Both the position numbers and the translations under genes were made by a program. A DNA stretch of 64,000 nucleotides, from positions 3,888 through 67,887 of the forward strand of contig CAZXGI010000004.1 in the NCBI GenBank assembly GCA_964639965.1, written 5' to 3'. Below the pieces are notes generated by a model. It ran no database searches. It was not told the DNA's origin and worked only from the letters and a program-made list of their open reading frames with translations. Shown piece by piece: positions 39,042-49,935 of the stretch. The DNA is from an uncultured Rhodospirillaceae bacterium (lineage in GTDB: Bacteria; Pseudomonadota; Alphaproteobacteria; Rhodospirillales; UBA2165). Positions within the stretch are counted from its first letter, which is position 1. The number at the start of each line of letters is the position of its first letter.

Positions 39042-40910
39042 ATGGAAGGATCAAACGCTGTCGCCATGGAGGGAGCCATTCGCGAACAGGTAGAAGATGT
39101 AGTCGTTCGATTTGCGGGTGATTCGGGTGACGGCGTTCAGATAACAGGTGGACAGTTTACATTAACGACAGCATTGGCCGGCAATGATTTATCAACATTT
39201 CCCGATTTTCCCGCTGAGATTAGAGCTCCGCAAGGTACCACTTTCGGCGTTTCAGCATTCCAAATTCACTTTGGATCTCGTGAAATCCGGACGGCAGGTG
39301 ATGCGCCAGATGTATTGGTAGCTCTCAATCCGGCCGCTTTGAAAGTTAACCTTGCCGATCTTACTAAAGGTGGATTAATCATTGCCGATACTGGTTCCTT
39401 TACAGAAAGAAACCTTAAAAAAGCCGGATATAGTAGCAACCCCATTGAAGATGGTTCTGTCGAGGGCTTCCGACTTATCACCTCTGATATAACAAAAAAT
39501 ACCCTCGAAGCAGTCAAAGAATTCGGCCTTTCCCAAAAGGAGGCCGTCCGCTGCAAAAACATGTACGCCCTTGGGCTAGTTTACTGGCTTTATGACCGTG
39601 ATCGATCGCCAACGACAACCTGGCTGAATGAAAAATTTGGCAAACGCCCGGAGATTGCTGAAGCTAATATTGCAGCAGTAAATGCGGGACATGCATTTGG
39701 CGAAACTATCGAAATATCAGGCGAGACCTCTTCTTATAAGGTAATGCCTGCGGCAATCGAACCTGGCCTTTATCGAACAATTACTGGAATTGAAGCTATT
39801 TCATTTGGTTTAATTGCAGGCGCACAAAAAGCTAATCTTCGAATGACCTTCGCCGGTTATCCAATTACGCCAGCTTCAGCTATTTTACACACTTTATCAA
39901 AACTTAAACAATTTGATATTATTACTTTTCAGGCCGAAGATGAAATAGCGGCAGTTGGCGCTGCTTTAGGCGGATCGTATGCTGGTACTCTAGGTGTTAC
40001 AGCGAGTTCTGGGCCTGGCATCGCACTCAAAACAGAAACTATCGGATTAGCTATATCGGTTGAGTTACCTCTTATAATCATTAACGTTCAACGTGCGGGG
40101 CCCTCAACTGGAATGCCGACCAAAACTGAACAATCTGATTTGCATCAAGCCGTATTGGGTCGCAACGCGGATAGTTCTTTGGTTGTAATATCAGCAAGCA
40201 CGCCTGCTGATAACTTTGACGTTGCAATTGAAGCTACGAGGCTCGCAACGAAGTATATGACACCGGTTATGTTGTTGACTGATGGTTATCTTGCTAATGC
40301 ATCGGAACCATGGAGGATACCTGATGCCGATAAAATTCCAGAATTCCCGGTAGAATTCATAAATAATTCTGACAAATTTAGTCCTACTAAACGCAATCCT
40401 GATACATTAGCTAGAAATTGGCCTATCCCTGGGACACCAAAACTTGAACATCGAATAGGTGGTATTGAAAAATCTTATGTGACAGGGAATATTTCATACG
40501 ACGCATCCAATCACCAAAAAATGACAGATGTCCGCAAAAATAAAATTGATGGTATTGCTAAAGACATCCCTGAACAAATAATTTCACGCGGTGACGAGAC
40601 TGGAGAGATTGCCGTGGTTGGTTGGGGTTCCACATTTGGTCCGATAACCCGCGCTGTTCAAAAAGTTCGAGCAGATGGGCATAGCATATCACACATTCAT
40701 ATTAGGTATATCTGGCCGTTACCCAGAAACTTAGGATCACTCTTAAAAAATTTCAAAAAGATAATAGTAGCCGAAATGAATACCGGACAACTGATAACCA
40801 TCCTACGTAGTCAATATTTAATTAGCGCCCAAGGCCTTAATAAAATATCTGGCCAACCTTTTAAAGTCTCCGAAATTGAAGAGGCTATCCGAAATAGTTT
40901 GGAGAATTAA
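39042..40910 (+). CDS. korA: 2-oxoglutarate/2-oxoacid:ferredoxin oxidoreductase alpha subunit
   Basis: 622 aa; RFAGDSGDGVQ N-terminal pattern and the fused gamma/alpha architecture typical of KorA. Confidence 0.9.
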   Translation: MEGSNAVAMEGAIREQVEDVVVRFAGDSGDGVQITGGQFTLTTALAGNDLSTFPDFPAEIRAPQGTTFGVSAFQIHFGSREIRTAGDAPDVLVALNPAALKVNLADLTKGGLIIADTGSFTERNLKKAGYSSNPIEDGSVEGFRLITSDITKNTLEAVKEFGLSQKEAVRCKNMYALGLVYWLYDRDRSPTTTWLNEKFGKRPEIAEANIAAVNAGHAFGETIEISGETSSYKVMPAAIEPGLYRTITGIEAISFGLIAGAQKANLRMTFAGYPITPASAILHTLSKLKQFDIITFQAEDEIAAVGAALGGSYAGTLGVTASSGPGIALKTETIGLAISVELPLIIINVQRAGPSTGMPTKTEQSDLHQAVLGRNADSSLVVISASTPADNFDVAIEATRLATKYMTPVMLLTDGYLANASEPWRIPDADKIPEFPVEFINNSDKFSPTKRNPDTLARNWPIPGTPKLEHRIGGIEKSYVTGNISYDASNHQKMTDVRKNKIDGIAKDIPEQIISRGDETGEIAVVGWGSTFGPITRAVQKVRADGHSISHIHIRYIWPLPRNLGSLLKNFKKIIVAEMNTGQLITILRSQYLISAQGLNKISGQPFKVSEIEEAIRNSLEN

Positions 40911-40914
40911 GCCT

Positions 40915-41940
40915 ATGAATAAAGTAACACCCCCGGCAGAATTAACTATTAAAGATTATGCATCAGATCAAGAAGTCCGCTGGTGCCCTGGTTGCGGAGA
41001 TTACTCAATTGTTCGAGCCATGCAAAAAACCTTAGCCGATCTTCAATCCCCTCCTGAAAAAACTGTTTTTATTTCTGGAATTGGCTGTGCAGCCCGGTTC
41101 CCTTACTATATGGCTACATATGGCTTCCATACTATTCACGGTCGCGCTGCCGCAATTGCAACCGGCACTAAGTTGGCTAATCCTGAACTAGATATTTGGG
41201 TTATCTCGGGTGATGGAGATTCACTCTCAATAGGAGGGAATCACTTGATGCACGTACTTCGCCGTAATGTCAATTTACAATATATTTTGTTTAATAATGA
41301 AATTTATGGCCTCACAAAAGGTCAATATTCACCAACCTCAAAAATTGGAACACGTTCACCCTCAACTCCAATGGGTTCAGTAGATAGCCCCCTCTCCGCC
41401 ACTCTGTTTGCACTTGGCTGTGGTGCTAGGTTTGTCGCTCGTGGGATCGACGCTCAACCCAAACACTTGCCAGAAGTTTTCAAGCGTGCACATGAACACA
41501 AAGGTGCATCATTCGTTGAAGTTTTCCAAAACTGCATTGTGTATAACGATGGAGTTTACGATCATTTTACGGCAAAAGACGTAGTTGCAGATAGACAAAT
41601 TCAAATTGTCCATGGTGAACGACTTTTATTTGGCAAAGACGGCAAGAAAGGTCTGCGGATGAAACCTGAGAAAATTGAATTGGAGGTTGTAACAATTGGA
41701 GAGGGAGGTATTACGGAAAAAGATATTTTGGTGCATGATGAGACCAACAAATTTCTAGCAACACTGTTAGCCCAAATGACCGGTCCCAGCTTCCCTGTGG
41801 CTATCGGGGTGCTTTATTGCAATCCTTCCGATACCTATGAAGATGCTGTCCATGCCCAGATTAGTTCTAAAAAGAAATCTGATCGGTCAACCAAGATAAA
41901 TGACCTTTTGCGAAATGGGCCAACATGGACAGTTAATTGA
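40915..41940 (+). CDS. korB: 2-oxoglutarate/2-oxoacid:ferredoxin oxidoreductase beta subunit
   Basis: ATG lies 4 nt after the korA stop; WCPGCGDY Cys motif and TPP-binding ISGDGDSLSIGGNH. Confidence 0.9.
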   Translation: MNKVTPPAELTIKDYASDQEVRWCPGCGDYSIVRAMQKTLADLQSPPEKTVFISGIGCAARFPYYMATYGFHTIHGRAAAIATGTKLANPELDIWVISGDGDSLSIGGNHLMHVLRRNVNLQYILFNNEIYGLTKGQYSPTSKIGTRSPSTPMGSVDSPLSATLFALGCGARFVARGIDAQPKHLPEVFKRAHEHKGASFVEVFQNCIVYNDGVYDHFTAKDVVADRQIQIVHGERLLFGKDGKKGLRMKPEKIELEVVTIGEGGITEKDILVHDETNKFLATLLAQMTGPSFPVAIGVLYCNPSDTYEDAVHAQISSKKKSDRSTKINDLLRNGPTWTVN

Positions 41941-42027
41941 CCGTTTGCAGGCTATTCTTTAATGAATAATTTGAGTCAATTTATTTTCCAAATTTAAAGA
42001 TATTTTCAATTTTAGGTCTTAAAGGAC

Positions 42028-42852
42028 ATGGAATTATTAAAGCATGTTTCAATAGTTAAATACTTACTGTTGAGTTCGATAATTAGTACATCGATTGCTT
42101 TATCAAAAGAGCCTGTCGGTTCTTTCATTCCCGGGACAAGTTTCAAAGATTGCCCAAATTGCCCAGAAATGTCAGTAATTCCAAGTGGAACGTTTATGAT
42201 GGGATCAACAAAAGGGAAAAAACGAGAATTGCCAATTACTAAAATTACCATAGCAAACCCTCTCGCCGTGAGTCGCTACGAAATAACCTTTGATGATTGG
42301 GATATCTGTTACGATGCTGAAGGTTGTTCAAAGAGACCTTCCGATAGGGGATGGGGGAGGGGCAAGAGACCAGTTATCAATGTCCTTCTAGAAGATATTC
42401 ATGAATACACTTCATGGTTAACAAAAAAAACAGGTTTTACCTACCGCCTACCTTCAGAATCTGAATGGGAATATGCCGCTAGAGCTGGCTCTCAAACTGA
42501 ATTTAGTTGGGGAGACCAAATGCAAATTGGAGCAGCTAATTGTCGTGGTTGTGGGACAGAATGGAGCGGTATAAAATCAGCTCCAGTTGGTCAATTTAAA
42601 GCTAACGCTTGGGGCCTTTATGATGTGCATGGCAACGTTCTTGAGTATGTAAGAGATTGTTGGTCTAAAAGTCATGACAACTTACCAACTGATGGATCAC
42701 CGAAAATTACTAAACACTGTTTAAGTAAAGTAGTTAAAGGTGGAGCTTGGTATTATCTGCCAAAAGTTTCCCGTTCGGCCTCCAGAGCACGCAATGACAA
42801 GCGAGTTATTAGTTATTTTATAGGCTTTCGAGTTTTACGTGAAATTGATTAA
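42028..42852 (+). CDS. formylglycine-generating enzyme (SUMF1/FGE) family protein, secreted
   Basis: 274 aa; signal peptide; YRLPSESEWEYAARAG, WGLYDVHGNVLEYV, KGGAWY. Confidence 0.85.
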   Translation: MELLKHVSIVKYLLLSSIISTSIALSKEPVGSFIPGTSFKDCPNCPEMSVIPSGTFMMGSTKGKKRELPITKITIANPLAVSRYEITFDDWDICYDAEGCSKRPSDRGWGRGKRPVINVLLEDIHEYTSWLTKKTGFTYRLPSESEWEYAARAGSQTEFSWGDQMQIGAANCRGCGTEWSGIKSAPVGQFKANAWGLYDVHGNVLEYVRDCWSKSHDNLPTDGSPKITKHCLSKVVKGGAWYYLPKVSRSASRARNDKRVISYFIGFRVLREID

Positions 42853-42942
42853 ATAACAATCACTCCAAGATAACAAAATAATTGCAAGTTAATCCTCAAA
42901 ATATGTTATATTTTTTTGTGTCGAACAAAGCGCATTGATATT

Positions 42943-43668
42943 ATGTGGTTAGATATTGCAGAACTTCAAGACTTCTATGATAACCCATTAGGTCAAATGG
43001 CTAGTCGTATAATTAGCCGCCACATGCGCGAAATTTGGCCCGACGTTACAGGCATGAGTATGTTGGGACTAGGATATTCAGCACCGTATCTAAATATGTT
43101 CCTTAATGAAGCCAGCAATATAATTGCCGCCATGCCCGCCTCGGAGGGAGCTAACTATTGGTCAGATCAAGCCTTCGGGCAAACCATCATTACGGATGAG
43201 ACTGAACTTCCTTTGGAAGACCTATCCATTGAGCGGGTCGTTTTAATCCATGGAGCCGAATTTAGCGAAGCCATTCGGCCAATGATGAGGGAAATATGGC
43301 GCATTTTGTCTAATAATGGACGATTAATGATAATTGTTCCAAACAGGAGAGGCGTCTGGGCAAGATTTGAGCGAACACCGTTTGGCCACGGAAGACCTTA
43401 TAGCAAATCACAGTTAATACAGCTACTAGGTGATACTTTATTCACTCCCACAAAAACAAACTCTGCCCTTTATATGCCGCCAACCCGTTTGAGCATGCTC
43501 ATCTCATCTGCTGCAGCATGGGAAAATATTGGCCGGCACTGGCTTGGCATACCAGGCCTAGCTGTGGGGGGAGTTATATCAATCGAGGCAAAAAAGCAGA
43601 TTTATGCGGTAACACCAAATGTTAACATTTCTAGGCAACGTGGCTATGTAACAATAACAAACCAGTAG
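42943..43668 (+). CDS. putative SAM-dependent methyltransferase (conserved alphaproteobacterial type)
   Basis: ORF is open from 42916; ATG 42943 (MWLDIAELQ..) is preferred. Weak class I methyltransferase-like pattern only. Confidence 0.5.
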   Translation: MWLDIAELQDFYDNPLGQMASRIISRHMREIWPDVTGMSMLGLGYSAPYLNMFLNEASNIIAAMPASEGANYWSDQAFGQTIITDETELPLEDLSIERVVLIHGAEFSEAIRPMMREIWRILSNNGRLMIIVPNRRGVWARFERTPFGHGRPYSKSQLIQLLGDTLFTPTKTNSALYMPPTRLSMLISSAAAWENIGRHWLGIPGLAVGGVISIEAKKQIYAVTPNVNISRQRGYVTITNQ

Positions 43669-43678
43669 CATTTTCTAA

Positions 43679-44308
43679 TTAAGATTTTTTGAGTAGAAAA
43701 ATCGCTTGTTCACCACGAAGATTGGCAAAACGCATTCCAGAGCTTCCAATTGCTCGCCTCCGCCCAACTCGGTCCAGTGCGAAACCGTTCTCAATCGTGA
43801 TGCCCAATGTGTAGCAAAGGTTGATAAAATCAGTAATTGTACAGAAATGAATATTCGGGGTATCGTACCAATTATAGGACAAAGTTTTTGTCTGAGGCAT
43901 TTTGCCAATAAACATCAAACTTGCACGCACTCGCCAATAACCAAAATTAGGAAATGAGACAATTGCTCGTTTGCCAATGCGAACAAGATTTTTTAGCACA
44001 TTATGAGGTTCTCGGGTTGCCTGCAGGGTTTGACCCAATATAACGTAGTCAAAGGCTTGATTTGGATAGTCGTCAAGATCTTGATCTGCATCACCTTGGA
44101 TAACAGACAAACCTGCTGAAACGCATGAGTTAACACCCTCTGAGCTTAACTCAATACCGCGGCCATCAACTTTCTTTTCACGGTTGAGATAATCTAGAAG
44201 CGTGCCGTCACCACAACCTACGTCAAGCGCCCGACAGCCTGGTTCTACCATCTTTGCAATAAGCTGAAGATCAACTCGAAGATTTATCTTTTTTTCTTGA
44301 GCAATCAT
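43679..44308 (-). CDS. metW: methionine biosynthesis protein MetW
   Basis: 209 aa; [15 protein letters not shown]; overlaps the metX stop. Confidence 0.9.
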   Translation of the reverse strand: MIAQEKKINLRVDLQLIAKMVEPGCRALDVGCGDGTLLDYLNREKKVDGRGIELSSEGVNSCVSAGLSVIQGDADQDLDDYPNQAFDYVILGQTLQATREPHNVLKNLVRIGKRAIVSFPNFGYWRVRASLMFIGKMPQTKTLSYNWYDTPNIHFCTITDFINLCYTLGITIENGFALDRVGRRRAIGSSGMRFANLRGEQAIFLLKKS

Positions 44309-45447
44309 ATTTTTGATAGTCCATATTTGTCAGCAGCTCCTTCCAAGAAACCTGCCAAGACTTTCCAAAATTCTGGTTCCTCAAGCAAAAATGCATCGTG
44401 GCCTTTGTCTGATTCTATTTCAGCAAAACTTACATTAGCAGCTACGGCATTTAGAGCCTTAACAACGGCTCGGCTCTCTGCAGTTTGATATAACCAATCA
44501 CTAGTAAAAGAGATTATACAAAATCTTGTTTTTACCCCTCGAAAAGCCTCCGCTAGAACACCACTCCCATAACGTTCAGCAATATCAAAATAATCCATTG
44601 CTCTTGTAATATACAAATATGAGTTTGCATCAAAGCGTTCGACAAACGTACTCCCCTGATGACGCAAATAACTCTCAACTTGAAAATCAGCATCGAAACC
44701 AAAAGTGATAGCTTCTCGATCTTGTAACCGCCGGCCGAACTTATTTTGCAAAGCGGGTTCCGACAAATAAGTTATGTGGGCAATCATTCTAGCAATGGCT
44801 AAGCCACGCTGAGGATAGCAGTCCTTGTTTAAATAATCACCACCTCTCCAATCTTGATCGGCCATGATAGCCTGTCGACCGACTTCATGAAATGCTATAT
44901 TTTGTGCGGAGTGATGGGGTGCTGTAGCAATGGGAACCGCAGAAAAAACACGGTCCGGAAAAGCTGCTGCCCATTCAAGAACTTGCATTCCACCCATCGA
45001 GCCACCAATTACACAGAAAAGTTTTTCTATTCCCAACGAATCTAGCAGTAGTGCTTGGGCACGAACCATATCACTAATTGTAATACCAGGAAATTGAAGC
45101 CCCCAGAAATCACCAGTATTAAGATTAATTTCCTTTGGCCCTGTCGACCCCATGCAACCACCAAGAATATTAGAACAAATAATAAAATATTTGTCTGTAT
45201 CCAAGATTTTACCCGAGCCTATAACTAGATGCCACCAACCAGGTTTCCCAGAATTTGGATTAATCCCACCTGCGAATTGATCTCCACTTAAAGCATGACA
45301 CACTAAAATAGCGTTGGATTTTTCAGAATTTAATTCACCATAAGTTTGATATGCTTGCGTAAAATTTGAAAGTTCAACACCGCAATCAAGAAGCAGGGGT
45401 TTTTCAACACCAAGAATGGCCTTATTACCAATATTATCTGTCGTCAT
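44305..45447 (-). CDS. metX: homoserine O-acetyltransferase
   Basis: 380 aa; alpha/beta fold with GGSMGGMQ nucleophile elbow; followed by metW. Confidence 0.93.
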   Translation of the reverse strand: MTTDNIGNKAILGVEKPLLLDCGVELSNFTQAYQTYGELNSEKSNAILVCHALSGDQFAGGINPNSGKPGWWHLVIGSGKILDTDKYFIICSNILGGCMGSTGPKEINLNTGDFWGLQFPGITISDMVRAQALLLDSLGIEKLFCVIGGSMGGMQVLEWAAAFPDRVFSAVPIATAPHHSAQNIAFHEVGRQAIMADQDWRGGDYLNKDCYPQRGLAIARMIAHITYLSEPALQNKFGRRLQDREAITFGFDADFQVESYLRHQGSTFVERFDANSYLYITRAMDYFDIAERYGSGVLAEAFRGVKTRFCIISFTSDWLYQTAESRAVVKALNAVAANVSFAEIESDKGHDAFLLEEPEFWKVLAGFLEGAADKYGLSKI

Positions 45448-45700
45448 GTGATTTACAGTTTTTTCATTCTTTGGTTATCTACATCTATATATATAGCTAT
45501 TTCTTTATAAATTACTTCTTATCAAATAGTTGTTAATATAAGTAAATTAGCAAAGAAACGTTAATATTGGAGTCATAGCTATGAACGGTGTCACAATCTG
45601 TCAATGTTTTCTTTGATTTTAAGTGCTTAGCAGACTATCACTGTCTAGCTAATATAGAAAAACTATAACAAATGGTTTTAAAAAAGTATTTTGTGATAAA

Positions 45701-46621
45701 ATGTCAGATGATAAAATAAAAACTTTAAGGGATAAAATTGATCAAATCGACAGTGAGATCCAGAATCTCCTGACCCGACGAGCTCAGATTTCGCTGGAAG
45801 TGAGAGATGCCAAAAAAATTCATGAAGCAAAGTTAAAGCCTGGCCGTGAAGCTCAAATCATACGTGCCCTCATAGACAGACATCACGGAAGCTTTCCAAA
45901 ACTTGAATTGATAAGAATTTGGCGCGAAATCCTAAGTACCTCGCTACAGTTACAAGGATCGTTTGATTTGGCTGTTTACAAGCCTGATAACAAAAGTGGT
46001 AATGACTGGGGATATTTATCATCTGCTCGCAGACATTTTGGTTCAAATACACCCATAACTACATACTCTTCTCAACGCCGGGTTATCGAAGCTGTTCTCG
46101 AAAATGAGTGCTCCGCAGGAATTTTGCCAATACCCACTCGGAATGAAGAAAATCCCTGGTGGCGATACGTAGCCGTACAAGGGAACACCGTAAAAAACGG
46201 TATTCCATCAAAACCCGCTCGAATTATTGCTAGGCTTCCTTTTGCTGCTCCAGAAACCAAACATGGGCCCTCCAGAAACGAATCAAAGGAGTGTGTAGTT
46301 ATTTCTAAGAGTGAAGCAGATCCATCGGGGCTTGATGAAACATACATAGTTCTTGATTTTTCAGTAAATATTTCAAGCTCCAGAATAGAAACTCGACTAA
46401 CAGAAAATAATCTGGCTAGCTCAATCTTATCTATTTGGCACGATTCAGAAGCACCTGAAAGATGGTTGTGCCTTTTATGTATTAGTGGATTTATAATAGC
46501 AGAAGATGACAAACTTAATCGATTTGCAGGAGGTTTTAGTGAAATATTAAATCAAATAACTATATTAGGTAGCTACGCTAAACCTTTCAACCCAGACAAA
46601 ATCAGTTCAAACAATATTTAG
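45701..46621 (+). CDS. chorismate mutase family protein (N-terminal CM_2 domain plus degenerate prephenate-dehydratase-like region)
   Basis: 306 aa; LRDKIDQIDSEIQNLLTRRAQISLEV helix typical of AroQ chorismate mutase; precedes hisC-tyrC. Confidence 0.75.
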   Translation: MSDDKIKTLRDKIDQIDSEIQNLLTRRAQISLEVRDAKKIHEAKLKPGREAQIIRALIDRHHGSFPKLELIRIWREILSTSLQLQGSFDLAVYKPDNKSGNDWGYLSSARRHFGSNTPITTYSSQRRVIEAVLENECSAGILPIPTRNEENPWWRYVAVQGNTVKNGIPSKPARIIARLPFAAPETKHGPSRNESKECVVISKSEADPSGLDETYIVLDFSVNISSSRIETRLTENNLASSILSIWHDSEAPERWLCLLCISGFIIAEDDKLNRFAGGFSEILNQITILGSYAKPFNPDKISSNNI

Positions 46622-46637
46622 TTAACAGGGATTAAAA

Positions 46638-47735
46638 ATGGCCTCCCCTAATCCACTAGACGGTTTAAAATCTATTGCCCCTTATATTGGTGGCGAATCT
46701 AAACTTACCGGATTCGATCGCATTATAAAACTTGCTTCAAATGAAGGCGCATTTGGTCCAAGTAAAAGAACGCTCGAAGCCCTAAGTTCCAATGCCTACG
46801 AATTTTGTCGTTATCCTGATGGTGATTGTGATGAACTGAGAGGTTTATTAGCTAGAAAGAATAATTTACCTAAAGACAATATTATTTGTGGTGCAGGTTC
46901 CGATGAACTTATCAGTTTACTTTGCAGATCTTACGCTGGACCCGGCGATGAAGTTCTCCATTCAGTCCATAGCTTTGCAATGTATCCAATATATGCCCGA
47001 ACTGTTCGTGCAACTGTTGTTACTGCGCAAGAGAATGATATTACTGTAGACGTTGATCAATTACTGAAACGCGTGACGGATAAAACAAAGTTATTATTTA
47101 TTGCAAATCCAAACAATCCGACAGGCACCTATATTCCAAAATCAGAAGTCCAACGCTTGATTGACCACTTACCAAAAACGGTTTTATTGGTTCTTGATGC
47201 TGCCTATTCAGAGTTTGTTGATATGGATGATTATTCAGACTGTTCAGAATTTGTATCGGCCAATGAAAATGTTGTCATGTTAAGAACATTTTCTAAAATC
47301 TATGGCATGGCTGGCTTAAGATTAGGTTGGATATATGCGCCAAATGGCGTAATTGATATTATCAATCGTATCCGCAGTCCATTCAATGTATCATATCCAG
47401 CGATAGTAGCGGGAATAGCAGCCACTAAAGATGAAGAATTTTTAGAATTATCTCAAGAACACAACAAAAAGTGGCTAAAATGGACAATGAATAGTATCCG
47501 AACTTTAGGACTTGAGGTGCCCGACAGCGTTTGTAATTTTGTGCTTATCCGCTTTCCCCAAGATGCGAATGCAGATTTAACGGCAGAGTCAGCTGACAAT
47601 TTTCTAAAATCTAAAGGCATTATTGTACGCCGCATGGGTGGTTATGGTTTACCCAACGCTTTAAGAATTTCAATTGGCACGGGTGAAGAAATGGAAATAA
47701 CTGTAAATGCGCTTACAAAATTTTTGAGCATATAA
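46638..47735 (+). CDS. hisC: histidinol-phosphate aminotransferase
   Basis: 365 aa; PLP-lysine context RTFSKIYGMAGLRLGW. Confidence 0.9.
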   Translation: MASPNPLDGLKSIAPYIGGESKLTGFDRIIKLASNEGAFGPSKRTLEALSSNAYEFCRYPDGDCDELRGLLARKNNLPKDNIICGAGSDELISLLCRSYAGPGDEVLHSVHSFAMYPIYARTVRATVVTAQENDITVDVDQLLKRVTDKTKLLFIANPNNPTGTYIPKSEVQRLIDHLPKTVLLVLDAAYSEFVDMDDYSDCSEFVSANENVVMLRTFSKIYGMAGLRLGWIYAPNGVIDIINRIRSPFNVSYPAIVAGIAATKDEEFLELSQEHNKKWLKWTMNSIRTLGLEVPDSVCNFVLIRFPQDANADLTAESADNFLKSKGIIVRRMGGYGLPNALRISIGTGEEMEITVNALTKFLSI

Positions 47736-47736
47736 A

Positions 47737-48645
47737 ATGAAAAAGAAATATTCAAAAAAAATATTCAAACGGATAGCTTTGATCGGAATTGGCCTGATCG
47801 GTTCATCAATAGCCCGTCGTGTTAAGCGTGATAATTTAGCTGACCATATTTCTGTTACTGCCCGTAGCCAAAAAAGTTTGGATAAAGCGGTTGAATTAGG
47901 TTTTGCTGATTCTGTTACACTTGAACAAAAAGATAGCGTAAAGAATGCAGATCTAATAGTTATCTGTTCGCCGATTGGAGTATATAAAGATATTATAAAA
48001 AATATTAGAACAAGCTTGAAGCCGGGAGCTATCATAACCGACGTAGGTTCTGTAAAACAGGCTGTTATTCGTGATCTAAGTCCCCATATTCCAGAAGGAG
48101 TTCAATTTGTTCCTGCCCACCCAGTGGCCGGAACAGAGCACTCAGGACCTGAGTCTGGATTTCCCGAATTGTTTGATGATCGATGGTGCATCATCACCCC
48201 AACGGACATAACAAACATAGAATCAGTCGATAAAGTAAAACAGTTCTGGCAATCACTTGGCTCTAATATAGAAATTATGGAGCCTGACCATCACGACTTG
48301 GTCATGGCTATGACTTCACACCTGCCCCATTTAATAGCCTATACGATCGTTGGGACAGCGACAGACCTTGAGAAATCTTTGACTAATGAAGTAATTAAAT
48401 TTTCGGCTGGTGGTTTTCGCGACTTCACCAGAATTGCAGCTTCTGATCCCACTATGTGGCGAGATGTATTCCTTAACAATCGTGATGCCGTCCTTGAAAT
48501 GCTGCAAAGGTTTAGTGAAGATATTACTGCCCTCCAACGTGCAATCCGTTGGGGTGAAGGAGATACGTTATACGAGTTATTTTCAAAGACCAGAAAAGCA
48601 CGTCGTGGCGTGATTGAAGCTAAACAAGAAAAAATGTATGACTGA
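47737..48645 (+). CDS. tyrC: prephenate/arogenate dehydrogenase
   Basis: 302 aa; Rossmann IALIGIGLIGSSIA; HPVAGTE catalytic region. Confidence 0.88.
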   Translation: MKKKYSKKIFKRIALIGIGLIGSSIARRVKRDNLADHISVTARSQKSLDKAVELGFADSVTLEQKDSVKNADLIVICSPIGVYKDIIKNIRTSLKPGAIITDVGSVKQAVIRDLSPHIPEGVQFVPAHPVAGTEHSGPESGFPELFDDRWCIITPTDITNIESVDKVKQFWQSLGSNIEIMEPDHHDLVMAMTSHLPHLIAYTIVGTATDLEKSLTNEVIKFSAGGFRDFTRIAASDPTMWRDVFLNNRDAVLEMLQRFSEDITALQRAIRWGEGDTLYELFSKTRKARRGVIEAKQEKMYD

Positions 48646-48669
48646 ACAACAAAACCTACCTACTTTCCC

Positions 48670-49854
48670 CTAATTATCACCCAAAGATCGTTTATCCCAA
48701 TTTATAGAAGGTAAATTCATTATTGGCACTGGGCCAACTGATACCTTTCTATCTTGGATCGTAAGGGGCAAACTAATACCTCTCTTTCCACTCGGATAAC
48801 GTTTTGAAATCCCTCTTAAAATAACTTTAGCCAATAACGCGGTGTTGGACCGAATAAATCCAGAAGCTTTTAGCTTATCCACGAAAGGCATTATCCCTTT
48901 GAAATTTATGGTCATTGCTAATAACGGTTGCAAATTTTGATCAAGCGCCAATGTTCCAGCCCCATGCGATTTTATGCTATCAGAATTCCCTTCAAAAGAA
49001 TCAATATCAATAATCCCGCCAGCATCACGCCACGTTTCAAGGTTATGCGAACTTAAAATAGGGTCCAGTTCTCCAACAATTCTCAAGTTCATAAAAAGTT
49101 TTTCTAAGTGATTACCAATAGGCAAGTTAACTGTTTTTGGTAAATAGATCCCTTTTAATTTTACTTGCAAAATCCGAGAAGGATTCTTTTTTACTTCAGA
49201 ATGCCCAATTTTACCTTGTAATGAATGCTGAGTGCTAAAAAAAACTGAATCAATCGCGGTCTCTATTTTTGACAACTTTTCTGCTATTTTTATTCCTCGA
49301 GCGTTGATTTTGATTTCTTCCAACCGTGGGAAGTGAGATATTTTAACATCAACATCAATCAATTCTGCTTCACTTTCAAAATTGTATATGACACCACCGT
49401 TTCTTATAGACAAGTTATTTGAACCACTTATATCGAGTTTAACACTATTAAAATTCCATGGCCTTACTTTGACGACAGCACGCTGGGCTTGCCAAATCCA
49501 TTTTTTCCTCTCTCCAGGTTTTTCATGTTGAATAACACCAAATGGTATTTGTAACTGAAAGTCGGTTATACCTATACGGAGATTCAATGGATATCCTGTA
49601 ATTGCTAACTTATCATATGAAACAAATATTCCATTCTTAGTTCCATGGCCTTTTAAATCTGCAATCGTGTTCTTTAGATATAAATTCATACCATACCAGA
49701 AAAATGTGTAAGTAATAACTATAAGTCCAAAGATAGATAGGCTAATTAAGAGATTTTTAGATTTTCTAGGTGAAAATAAATAATACCTAGGATGTTGGTT
49801 CTTAAGCACACCAAGCCCTATTTTTTCTATAATTTCGTTAATCGTTATTTTCAA
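48670..49854 (-). CDS. hypothetical membrane-anchored protein, DUF2125-like
   Basis: 394 aa with TTG start and a single N-terminal TM. The C-terminal pattern ..GAGTLALDQNLQP.. / ..LPLTIQDRKVSVGPVPI.. resembles DUF2125; synteny next to tyrC. Confidence 0.55.
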   Translation of the reverse strand: MKITINEIIEKIGLGVLKNQHPRYYLFSPRKSKNLLISLSIFGLIVITYTFFWYGMNLYLKNTIADLKGHGTKNGIFVSYDKLAITGYPLNLRIGITDFQLQIPFGVIQHEKPGERKKWIWQAQRAVVKVRPWNFNSVKLDISGSNNLSIRNGGVIYNFESEAELIDVDVKISHFPRLEEIKINARGIKIAEKLSKIETAIDSVFFSTQHSLQGKIGHSEVKKNPSRILQVKLKGIYLPKTVNLPIGNHLEKLFMNLRIVGELDPILSSHNLETWRDAGGIIDIDSFEGNSDSIKSHGAGTLALDQNLQPLLAMTINFKGIMPFVDKLKASGFIRSNTALLAKVILRGISKRYPSGKRGISLPLTIQDRKVSVGPVPIMNLPSINWDKRSLGDN

Positions 49855-49935
49855 ATCTAAGACCTTTCACCTTTAGAAAAGTTGTTTAAAAAATCCAATC
49901 TATTCCAAAGTAGGTGACCAATATAGCAAAAGTAA

